From positions 1 to 64,000 of IMG/VR virus record IMGVR_UViG_3300027798_000020: a stretch of 64,000 bases of DNA; one strand, given 5' to 3'. The stretch is from a virus. Below the pieces are notes generated by a model. That model was not told the DNA's origin, did no database searches, and worked only from the letters and a program-made list of their open reading frames with translations. Both the position numbers and the translations under genes were made by a program. Within the stretch, counting starts at the first letter, position 1. Every line of letters starts with the position of its first letter. This document shows, in pieces, positions 44,975 through 53,846 of this stretch.

Positions 44975-45969
44975 AAATTTTTATAACAGGAGTGGCTGGA
45001 TTTTTAGGCAGTCACATTGCAGATAGAATGTTAGAGTTAGGACATTCTGTGGCTGGCAATGATATTTTGCTAGGAGGCTACAAATCTAATGTACCAGACA
45101 ATGTAGAATTTCACGAAGTTGATTGTTGCGACCAGCAAAAGATGACTGAGATTATGCAAGGATCAGATATTGTTATTCATTGTGCTGCCACTGCACATGA
45201 AGGACTCAGTATCTTTAGTCCTGCATTTATTACTAAAAATATATTCCAAGCCAGTGTTAGTACTATTAGTGCAGCCGTATCATTAAAAGTAAAGCGGTTT
45301 GTATTTTGCTCAAGCATGGCTAGATACGGCCACGGCGAGCCTCCATTTAAAGAATCGGACATACCGTGTCCAGCAGACCCTTACGGCATTGCTAAAGTTG
45401 CCAGCGAAGATATTCTAAAGACTATGAGTCACGTGCATGGTATTGAATGGAACATTGCAGTCCCTCACAACATTGTTGGGCCACGACAACGCTATGACGA
45501 TCCGTTTAGAAATGTTGTAAGCATAATGGTTAATCGATGCTTACAAGGTAAGCCTCCAATTATATACGGTGACGGCAGTCAAGAACGGTGCTTCAGCTAT
45601 ATAGACGACTGCGTGTATTGTATTGAGCAGTTAGCTCTTGGTCCATTTACGTACGAAGTTGTAAATATTGGTCCGGATGAAGGCACTATAACAATTAAAG
45701 AGCTAGCCGAGATAGTAGCAGACGAGTGCGGTTATACTAGAGGTTTTATGCATATGCCTGATCGACCTAACGAAGTAAAGTATGCTACCTGTAGTTCACA
45801 GAAGGCAAGAGAATTATTAGGCTACATCCACACCATAGATGTGCGTGAGTCTGTAAAAAGAACAGTAGAATGGATTAAGGAACACGGTCCTAAACCGTTT
45901 GATTACAGTTTTCCTTTAGAAATAGTTAACGACCTTACACCGCTAACTTGGAAGGATCGGTTGATGTGA
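44971..45969 (+). CDS. NAD-dependent nucleotide-sugar epimerase/dehydratase
   Basis: GVAGFLG, SS.ARYG, YGIAK, YGDG.Q.R.F. Confidence 0.92.
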   Translation: MKIFITGVAGFLGSHIADRMLELGHSVAGNDILLGGYKSNVPDNVEFHEVDCCDQQKMTEIMQGSDIVIHCAATAHEGLSIFSPAFITKNIFQASVSTISAAVSLKVKRFVFCSSMARYGHGEPPFKESDIPCPADPYGIAKVASEDILKTMSHVHGIEWNIAVPHNIVGPRQRYDDPFRNVVSIMVNRCLQGKPPIIYGDGSQERCFSYIDDCVYCIEQLALGPFTYEVVNIGPDEGTITIKELAEIVADECGYTRGFMHMPDRPNEVKYATCSSQKARELLGYIHTIDVRESVKRTVEWIKEHGPKPFDYSFPLEIVNDLTPLTWKDRLM

Positions 45970-47237
45970 TTAACTTTGTTTTTGAAGACTTAGACAGTAG
46001 AAGAAACTTTGTTGCATATCAAGACGACATTGGTCCAAACCGATTTGGTCCGAGTGCTATCATGGGTGCCATTAAACACTATAGAGTACACAGTTCTTTA
46101 GAAAATTACTTTAGTGACTTAGTTGAATTAGATCATTGTATTATTGCATCTGGAGTAGGTGAATCTCCTAATTGGTGGACTGGTGCTAACTACTATAAAG
46201 ACAATATTAGAGAGAGCTTGTTTGACTACTTAACTGATCAACAATTAGATAGACTTAAAAATAAAAAAGCATTATTACTTTTAGATCAATGTTTGGAGGG
46301 ATATCAGACTCCTTGGCTGTGGCAATTCTTTCACGAAGAATGTAACCGTGTTGGAATAGATCCTGCGTGTATAGTGTATGTCACTGGCAACATGCTGGCC
46401 GCAAGCCAATATACTATGTGGGCTAATAATAAATCTGTTACATCACAAGTTAAGGTAATTTCATATCCACACTTTGAAAAAGATATTCAGATGATCGCTA
46501 AAGACTCTAATATCCTACCCAGTGTAACTGTTAACTTAGACTATAAGAAGTATAACATTACAAAAGTAAGAACGTACAACTGCCTTAATAAAAGGACGCG
46601 GGCTCACCGAAGTTGGTTTTTCCTTATGCTGTATAAAGAGAAATTGTTGTCAAAGGGTCTAGTCAGTGCCAACGATTATGGGGCACACATACCACGAATT
46701 GAAAATAAATGGCCTGATCAACGTGCAATGGAAGAAGCTAGAAAATTGTTGCCGTTATTAGTGTATGAAACAGCTAACAATGAACAGGAAGATTTATATT
46801 ACATAAATCGAATAATGGACCAAATATATTTAGATACATGGGTAACTGTTATTTCCGAAGCTAGTTTTTCCGATGCTGACGAAACTGTATTCATTAGCGA
46901 AAAAACATTTAAACCAATTGCCTGCAAGCATCCATTTATTTTCCTAGGAAATAGAGGAAGTTTAAAAAAATTAAAAGAGATGGGGTATAAAACATTTCAT
47001 CCATTCATAGATGAAAGCTACGACGAGTTATCAACGTTTGATCGATTTGATGCCATTATAAAAGAGATAAAAAGAATCGATGCAATACCTGATAAATTTA
47101 AATGGATTCAATCAATGAAAGATATATTAGAACATAACTATCAAATACTCAACCAACGAGAAACACAAGTTCCGGCTGCTCACGTAGAACTGTTTAACTA
47201 TTACAATAACTACTTTAATATATGTATAACAGAATGA
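45966..47237 (+). CDS. Hypothetical protein, possibly glycosyltransferase-like
   Basis: ISE...SEKTFKPI...HPF..G, GYKTF..IDESYD. Confidence 0.55.
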   Translation: MINFVFEDLDSRRNFVAYQDDIGPNRFGPSAIMGAIKHYRVHSSLENYFSDLVELDHCIIASGVGESPNWWTGANYYKDNIRESLFDYLTDQQLDRLKNKKALLLLDQCLEGYQTPWLWQFFHEECNRVGIDPACIVYVTGNMLAASQYTMWANNKSVTSQVKVISYPHFEKDIQMIAKDSNILPSVTVNLDYKKYNITKVRTYNCLNKRTRAHRSWFFLMLYKEKLLSKGLVSANDYGAHIPRIENKWPDQRAMEEARKLLPLLVYETANNEQEDLYYINRIMDQIYLDTWVTVISEASFSDADETVFISEKTFKPIACKHPFIFLGNRGSLKKLKEMGYKTFHPFIDESYDELSTFDRFDAIIKEIKRIDAIPDKFKWIQSMKDILEHNYQILNQRETQVPAAHVELFNYYNNYFNICITE

Positions 47238-48085
47238 TTCCGACTATTGTGCCCGGAGCAAAGATTGTAATAGGCTTGGGTGATAGTTTTACACAGGGTG
47301 TAGGCAGTTGGCCTAAAGAAGTTTGGGATCGATACAACGGTCAAATTGATACGCTGAAAATCCCATTAGAAATCTTTGATCAAATGTACGATAACAGTTG
47401 GGTTCAACAGTTGTGCAACAATCATATGACAGATTGGACTCCAATTAACTTAGGATGTTTAGGCACTGGCAACAGAAGTGCAGTAAAGAATTTGTATCTA
47501 CATCCTAAAATTAAATTTGAAAATGCTTCTAGCGGCGTTGTTATACTGATGCTTAGTGGCATGGAACGATTTGATTTTGTTAATAAAGATTTTCCAGAGC
47601 ACAATCATTTTTATACTATGTGGCCAAACCCGTGGGATAAAAACTCTACAAATAAAAAATTATGGGAAGCATATGCTGAATCTTTATGGAGTGAAAAATT
47701 TATCTGTGTAGAGACATTATTAAACATTCGAGAAGCAGAAATGTTTTGTAAGGCACACGGATTTCATTTAATTGTTGGCAGTGCATTTGACGTTAGAATA
47801 ACTAAAGATTATTTTGTTAAACACCTAGGGAACAGTCATCTTGAGTTGATTAATTCAATCCCATGGGGATCATTTTGCCAACCGGGCGGGGTTAGAAGCT
47901 TTATGGAGATGCTACTAATTATGGAAGGGCGTCCAGATTTGGTTGCAGGAGGATTTTATGATTATTGTCATAAGCTCAAAGGACCAACCGATTTTGTTAC
48001 ACCCTGCGCCCACCCTAGCCAAAATGGCTACGCTGTAATGGCTAGCCAATTACACGAATATATCGTGTCCAAAAAGATAATTTAA
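47222..48085 (+). CDS. SGNH-like protein
   Basis: LGDSFTQG, GN, HPS..GY. Confidence 0.6.
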   Translation: MYNRMIPTIVPGAKIVIGLGDSFTQGVGSWPKEVWDRYNGQIDTLKIPLEIFDQMYDNSWVQQLCNNHMTDWTPINLGCLGTGNRSAVKNLYLHPKIKFENASSGVVILMLSGMERFDFVNKDFPEHNHFYTMWPNPWDKNSTNKKLWEAYAESLWSEKFICVETLLNIREAEMFCKAHGFHLIVGSAFDVRITKDYFVKHLGNSHLELINSIPWGSFCQPGGVRSFMEMLLIMEGRPDLVAGGFYDYCHKLKGPTDFVTPCAHPSQNGYAVMASQLHEYIVSKKII

Positions 48086-48148
48086 GTATTGACAGCACCC
48101 AAGTTTGGTGCTATAATATACATATCGTTAAACAAATAGGAGCTTGAA

Positions 48149-49354
48149 ATGGCGAAAACCGCAACCAAAACTCGTGTAACTAAAAAGCAAGTCATTGCCC
48201 ATCGTACTCGCGTAATCAAGGACACTAGTCCAACTTGGGAAGGTTGTGAGTCTTGGGACAGTGACAAGTTCCACAAGCACTTTCGAAACTCTATGGACTA
48301 CTATCGTCTCGAGTCCGAAATTAAAACTTACAAACCTGTAGTTGTACGTTGGATGGAAAGTGTCGGTTGCACTAAAGCAGACATTTCAGCATTTAAGAAA
48401 GTCAAAGACAGTCGTGTTGGCACTACTATGGGCGCAGTGGCGGCGTGTTTGAACCGAGGTATGCAAGCCCAACGTCCTGATTTTAATCAAGGTCGAGACA
48501 GTGCCGCTTGGTTGCGGGCAGAAATTGTCAAAGTAATCAATGACGGCAAAGACGATATTGACCCTGAGGTAGCTGCCGCCGAAAAAGAATCAGCTAAGGT
48601 AGACGTATACACTCCTACAATCCAAGAACGAGTACGAGACGCCGCGTATGCAATGACTGAAGAAATAGAAGATGCGTATCAAGCCTTCCAAGTTGATCCT
48701 GAAAACTTTGATCCTAAAGCATTTAAGATGCTTAACCTGCTTAAAGGAAAAGGTGCTAAGGCAGCTCATGCACGTATCATTCGTGACTTCTACGCTCGCG
48801 ACCTTGCAGAGTTAAATGAGTTGGCTAGTGGGGAGGCTGACGAGCAACTCAAAGAAGGTTACAAGCATCGTAGTCGTAAGCAGATTAAAAACTTTATTGC
48901 CTTCCTGCAAGAAATTGAATCAGCTTGCAATATGCTAATGCAAGAAGCCAAGGTCAATCGTGCTCCACGTAAGACCAAAGCAGTTAGCAAGGATAAACTT
49001 GTTGCTAAACTCAAGTACATGAAGACTAATGAGCCTTTGAAACTTGTAAGTGTCAGCCCTACTGACATTATTGGCGCTAGCGAACTGTGGATCTTTAACA
49101 CTAAGACTCGTAAATTAGGTCGGTATGTTGCGGCCGAGTTCAATACCCTAGGCGTTAAAGGCACTAGTATCACAGGGTTTGATGAGTTTAAAAGCGTACA
49201 AAAGACCCTGCGTAAGCCCGAAGAAAAGCTCAAAGAGTTTAAAGCGGCTAACAAAGTAGCTCTGCGTAAGTTCTTAGACGAAATCAACGCTACAGATACT
49301 AAAATGAACGGTCGTATTAACGAAGAAACTGTTCTACTTAAAGTATCAAGTTAA
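48149..49354 (+). CDS. Conserved-type large-phage hypothetical protein
   Basis: 401-aa ORF, AGGAG RBS, FNTKTRKL, KTLRKPEE, NGRINE. Confidence 0.8.
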   Translation: MAKTATKTRVTKKQVIAHRTRVIKDTSPTWEGCESWDSDKFHKHFRNSMDYYRLESEIKTYKPVVVRWMESVGCTKADISAFKKVKDSRVGTTMGAVAACLNRGMQAQRPDFNQGRDSAAWLRAEIVKVINDGKDDIDPEVAAAEKESAKVDVYTPTIQERVRDAAYAMTEEIEDAYQAFQVDPENFDPKAFKMLNLLKGKGAKAAHARIIRDFYARDLAELNELASGEADEQLKEGYKHRSRKQIKNFIAFLQEIESACNMLMQEAKVNRAPRKTKAVSKDKLVAKLKYMKTNEPLKLVSVSPTDIIGASELWIFNTKTRKLGRYVAAEFNTLGVKGTSITGFDEFKSVQKTLRKPEEKLKEFKAANKVALRKFLDEINATDTKMNGRINEETVLLKVSS

Positions 49355-49397
49355 CATGGTAAGCCATAGATAAATACTCGAAAGAGACTTTTTATCT

Positions 49398-50696
49398 ATG
49401 GCTAACTACACCGCAAACTCAGAAAATAATTTAGAAGGTCAGGGCCTTGAATGGACTGATGGCAAAACTTCTACCTCATTAATTTACAAAGTTGGAAATC
49501 GACTACACCTTAATGGTAGTTTAGACCTCGATGCATCTAAAGCATTTAAGATTAATAATGCAGATGTACTAACAGCTAAAGAGTTAGGGCCCGGAGTTAT
49601 CCGCAGTAGTCTTAGACAAGTAGGTAATTTACGATCATTAATTGTAAACGGCGATACAAACCTTGGTGAATTTGCTACATTCAACAGCGCACTCAATCGC
49701 TTAGGCATTAATACTGATCGCCCTAACGCTACCCTTTCCGTACTAGAAAACAACGTAGAAATCGCCTTAGGCGCACCCGTTGACGGTAGAGCACAAATTG
49801 GTACGTTTACTAATCACGATCTTGATCTAATAACAGATAACACTGCACGAGTAACAATCACAAGTGACGGTGAAGTTGTAATTGGGCACGAGCGGTTTAA
49901 CAACGGCATTTTACGAGTAAATGGTACAATATTTGCTAAAAATATTATTACCGACGATAAAGATGGTCGTGCTAATTCTGTTGTATTTTCACAGCCAGGC
50001 GATGTATCTGTGTTTGGTGTTGGGTTAGCGTGGAGAGCAAAAGATCTTACTCGTCAATTGATTTTAAGAAACGGTCCTGAAAGACTTTGGAGTTCAGAAA
50101 GTTTTGATCTAGGCGAAGGCAAGTCATACTATCTTAACGGAGAACTAGCAATATCACCGAGAGCAATTGGTCCTAATATTAGCCAGTCTAACCTAACTAC
50201 ATTGGGCACACTTGAGAATTTAAGTGTAGGCGGTGCGTCTAGATTCATGGGCGATATTAAAGCTGAATTTATGACGTTGAAGGCTGTAACTATAAACCAC
50301 GCCGGAATACTAACCGTTAACAATGACGGTATCAGAACATCAAAAGACTTTAAAGTAACAGTAGACGGCTTAGAAGACGTTAAGGTAGGCAGTCAAGAAA
50401 TTGTTATTGGACATAATCAAAATGTCAACAGGCCACTTAAACTATTTGGTAAAGTTTCAATTGGTGTTAACAGTCCAGATACATCTGTCGACTTAGAAGT
50501 GAAAGGGCCAGTTAGTTTAAATGGTAAGAAGTTTATTTCTGCTAGCGAGCATCCAAGTATTGGAATTTATACCAAAGGTGACGTTTGCTGGAATGCTGAA
50601 CCACACGATGGTAACTATGTAGGTTGGATCTGTGTAGTTTCGGGCAATCCCGGAACTTGGTTGCCATTTGGTGCAATTGGTCGCCACAATAGTTGA
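49398..50696 (+). CDS. Putative virion structural/fibre-like protein
   Basis: Beta-rich repeats SSL..VG.L..L.V.G, RLGINT; TAAATA upstream. Confidence 0.6.
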   Translation: MANYTANSENNLEGQGLEWTDGKTSTSLIYKVGNRLHLNGSLDLDASKAFKINNADVLTAKELGPGVIRSSLRQVGNLRSLIVNGDTNLGEFATFNSALNRLGINTDRPNATLSVLENNVEIALGAPVDGRAQIGTFTNHDLDLITDNTARVTITSDGEVVIGHERFNNGILRVNGTIFAKNIITDDKDGRANSVVFSQPGDVSVFGVGLAWRAKDLTRQLILRNGPERLWSSESFDLGEGKSYYLNGELAISPRAIGPNISQSNLTTLGTLENLSVGGASRFMGDIKAEFMTLKAVTINHAGILTVNNDGIRTSKDFKVTVDGLEDVKVGSQEIVIGHNQNVNRPLKLFGKVSIGVNSPDTSVDLEVKGPVSLNGKKFISASEHPSIGIYTKGDVCWNAEPHDGNYVGWICVVSGNPGTWLPFGAIGRHNS

Positions 50697-50807
50697 CATT
50701 GTTCCTTAAGACTGTATAATTACATATAGCGGACTTTTAACGTCATTCATCCCGCTTTATAAACTCTGCATGTCGTCAAACTTGCTACCTTACAAAGGAG
50801 ACTAGAG

Positions 50808-51314
50808 ATGGCAAATCTACAACCCGTACAATACAAGTACACATCAACTAAAGAATATCACGACTCATTCCCATGCGCCTACAGGCAATGGCGAGCTGAT
50901 AGTCACTGTAATCTGATTCACGGTTACAGTTTTAACATGAAGTTCTACTTTGGAACTAACGACCTAGATGCTCGTAATTGGGCCGCTGACTACGGAGGTC
51001 TTAAAGAACTCAAAGGTATATTAGAAAGTCAATTTGATCATACCCTGTTAGTAGCAGAGGACGATCCCGAGTTAGACTTTTATAAGGAAATGGAAAAGCG
51101 TAAGTTGGCTAAACTTACTATTCTTCCTAGGCTAGGTTGCGAAGGCCTAGCTGATCAACTGTACAAGTATGTCAATGGTGTTTATATTCCAGACATGTGG
51201 GGCGACGGCGAAAGCAAACGTCTTTGGTGCTATCGCGTAGAAGTGCGTGAAACTCAAAGTAATATGGCCTATCGTGAAGGTCACCGTGAATGGAATGAAG
51301 ATTTATTTGCATAA
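50808..51314 (+). CDS. queD: 6-pyruvoyl-tetrahydropterin synthase/QueD-like protein
   Basis: HCNLIHGY, FDH, VRET. Confidence 0.8.
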   Translation: MANLQPVQYKYTSTKEYHDSFPCAYRQWRADSHCNLIHGYSFNMKFYFGTNDLDARNWAADYGGLKELKGILESQFDHTLLVAEDDPELDFYKEMEKRKLAKLTILPRLGCEGLADQLYKYVNGVYIPDMWGDGESKRLWCYRVEVRETQSNMAYREGHREWNEDLFA

Positions 51315-51465
51315 ACTTTGGCGGATTTGGGCTAAAGCATTAGGAGAAAAATCAGGCAGTTCGGACGCGGAAGCGGACCGAATTGCTTGCATTAGGACGT
51401 TAATTGTGTTAACATACGTTATTACAAACTTTTTTATAATCGCAGGCGTTATAAGGCATTGGTAA
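51295..51465 (+). CDS. Small membrane protein
   Basis: WAKALGEK...AD..A.IRT + TM. Confidence 0.65.
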   Translation: MKIYLHKLWRIWAKALGEKSGSSDAEADRIACIRTLIVLTYVITNFFIIAGVIRHW

Positions 51466-51878
51466 TGACAATTGGATTTACTTGTTCAACTTTTGATTTG
51501 TTTCATGCAGGGCATATTATGATGCTTAAAGAAGCAAAAGAACAATGTGAATATCTAATTGTAGGGCTTCAGACAGACCCCACGCTAGACCGTGCTAGTA
51601 AAAATAAACCCGTACAGGGTGTATTTGAACGTTATGTACAGCTAAAAGCATGTGTATATGTCGATGAAGTTGTGGTATACGCTACAGAAAAAGAACTTAG
51701 AGACATACTGCTTTCTTATAAAATTGATGTAAGAATTTTAGGCGAAGAATATCAAGGCAAGGATTTCACAGGACATGACATTCCTATGAAATTTTATTTT
51801 AATCAACGTAGGCATAGCTTTTCAACATCCGAACTAAGACAACGGGTAATGGAAGCAGAGAGAAACAAAAATGGGTAA
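51465..51878 (+). CDS. Cytidylyltransferase (TagD-like)
   Basis: FDLFHAGH, VGLQTD, FSTSELR. Confidence 0.88.
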   Translation: MTIGFTCSTFDLFHAGHIMMLKEAKEQCEYLIVGLQTDPTLDRASKNKPVQGVFERYVQLKACVYVDEVVVYATEKELRDILLSYKIDVRILGEEYQGKDFTGHDIPMKFYFNQRRHSFSTSELRQRVMEAERNKNG

Positions 51879-52893
51879 AATAGGCTTCGCATGTAAATGG
51901 ATCGATACACCTAATCAGATAAATGGTATTAAACCTACTGATGACTGTAAAAAGTACAACACTAGTTCAACTACTGTGGCATGGCTTAATCGACAATCTA
52001 AAGAAGTAGCTGAGACCAAACTATGGGATTTGATGAAACAAAACATCGAATCAACAAGATTACTTGTAGAAAAAGTAGGTACATTAGATGAATCTCTCCG
52101 AATGGTTCGTATTAGCAGTGACCTTCTTCCTGTGTACACCCAACGCGATTATAGCTATTTTTGGTGCTTATCAGACGTTCGTGCTTATGCGGAAAAGCAC
52201 TTTGCCCAGGTCGGCGCTTTGGCTCGCGCTCGTAACGTTCGTTTGTCATTTCATCCTGGTCAGTTTACTGTGCTGGCTAGCGATAATCCAGATATTGTAA
52301 ATAGAAGTATAGAGGAATTTGAATATCATGCAGATATGGCCAGGTGGATGGGATTCGGTAAGCAATTTCAGGACTTTAAAATTAATGTCCACATATCGGG
52401 TAGATGCGGCCCCGACGGTATCAAAGCAGTTATCCCAAGACTCAGCCCCGAAGCAAGAAACTGCATCACGATCGAAAACGACGAAAACTGTTGGGGCATC
52501 GAAAGTAGCATTGAGCTTGCCAAGCACTGCGCCCTCGTGCTTGACGTACACCATCACTGGGTCCGTACAGGAGACTATATTCAGCCAACCGACGATAGAG
52601 TTTTACGCATAATTGAAAGTTGGCGCGGTGTTCGACCTGTCATGCATTACTCTATTAGTCGTGAAGAATGGTTATCAGGACATTGCGACAACACTTTACC
52701 AGACTACGCAACTTTGTTAGAAGCTGGACATAAAAAACAAAAACTCAGAGCTCATTCAAACTTCTTTTGGAATAAGGCAGTAAATGAGTGGGCTCTAAGT
52801 TTTACAGAAACACACGATATCATGTGTGAATCTAAAGGCAAAAATATTGCAAGTTTTGCCTTGTATGAACAAGCTAAATTATTAGGCTTGTGA
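51871..52893 (+). CDS. uvsE: UV DNA damage endonuclease
   Basis: IGFAC, RISS, SFHPGQF, IENDE, LDVHHH, MHYS, AHS, MCESK. Confidence 0.92.
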   Translation: MGKIGFACKWIDTPNQINGIKPTDDCKKYNTSSTTVAWLNRQSKEVAETKLWDLMKQNIESTRLLVEKVGTLDESLRMVRISSDLLPVYTQRDYSYFWCLSDVRAYAEKHFAQVGALARARNVRLSFHPGQFTVLASDNPDIVNRSIEEFEYHADMARWMGFGKQFQDFKINVHISGRCGPDGIKAVIPRLSPEARNCITIENDENCWGIESSIELAKHCALVLDVHHHWVRTGDYIQPTDDRVLRIIESWRGVRPVMHYSISREEWLSGHCDNTLPDYATLLEAGHKKQKLRAHSNFFWNKAVNEWALSFTETHDIMCESKGKNIASFALYEQAKLLGL

Positions 52894-53148
52894 TTTAGGT
52901 TTTCGAGGCGGTCTTTTAGCTCCAGTTGCTTTTTTGGCGGCTGGAGCTTTCTTTTTGGCTGCTGGCTTAGGCGCCGCTGCCGGAGCAATATCAGCATAGG
53001 CAACCGGTGTTAACTCTACAGTTGCTGGCTTAACATCCTCGTACTTAAAAGTTGTCTCAGCATTATTTGTAGCTTCTACTTTATACGGTACTTCTGGGGC
53101 TGCTTCTGGCTTTTTGCCTGTAAAGAATTCTGCAATTTTCTTGAACAT
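52882..53148 (-). CDS. Hypothetical Ala/Lys/Pro-rich protein
   Basis: GAGG RBS and TAAATA upstream on the minus strand. Confidence 0.65.
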   Translation of the reverse strand: MFKKIAEFFTGKKPEAAPEVPYKVEATNNAETTFKYEDVKPATVELTPVAYADIAPAAAPKPAAKKKAPAAKKATGAKRPPRKPKSQA

Positions 53149-53173
53149 TCTATGTTCCTCCTTGGAGTTTTAT

Positions 53174-53461
53174 TTATATATGGCTGATGTCAATTAGACT
53201 TGATGCAGGCAGATCCCATACCTTTTTACGATCCTTGCCACGCTTCTGAGCAAATCGTTTAGCATCACAATTTGAACACACATGAAAGTAATTGTTGCTC
53301 AATCGTTTAGAATCTATTTGCCCTTTATCTCGATTAAAGACTTCGCTACAACTATCACATCGAAAAACTACAATTGTTTTTTGTCGAGTATAGGTGTGCC
53401 CTAAACCTAATTTACTAGGTCTAGTATGTGTAGTCTGTTGATATTCTAAACGTAGGAACAT
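53174..53461 (-). CDS. Small Zn-ribbon hypothetical protein
   Basis: CDSC...CSNC; likely start MFLRLE at 53461. Confidence 0.65.
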   Translation of the reverse strand: MFLRLEYQQTTHTRPSKLGLGHTYTRQKTIVVFRCDSCSEVFNRDKGQIDSKRLSNNYFHVCSNCDAKRFAQKRGKDRKKVWDLPASSLIDISHI

Positions 53462-53516
53462 ACAACTATTTACATTAAGGTTATAAAATACTATTGATAA
53501 ATATCTCATAGGACCT

Positions 53517-53843
53517 ATGATGATTACAATTTCACCGTCTGCTTCAGTAAAAATACAAGACATTTTGTCTGAAGAAAACAATCTTGAAGTAAGTTTAAGA
53601 GTGTATGTGCAAGGCGGCGGGTGTTCAGGATTCAGCTACGGATTTACGCTAGACGGCGAAAAAGGCGAAGATGACTTTGAAATACCCCTTGGAAGATGGA
53701 AAGTTTTAGTCGATTCCATGAGTTTACAATATCTGCAAGGTGCAGAAGTTGATTACATAGAGGAATTGTCAGGGTCACAATTTACAATTAAAAACCCAAA
53801 CGCAACAACAACTTGCGGGTGCGGATCAAGCTTCGGAGTTTAA
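53517..53843 (+). CDS. erpA: A-type Fe-S carrier (ErpA/IscA/HesB)
   Basis: [23 protein letters not shown]. Confidence 0.92.
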   Translation: MMITISPSASVKIQDILSEENNLEVSLRVYVQGGGCSGFSYGFTLDGEKGEDDFEIPLGRWKVLVDSMSLQYLQGAEVDYIEELSGSQFTIKNPNATTTCGCGSSFGV

Positions 53844-53846
53844 AAT

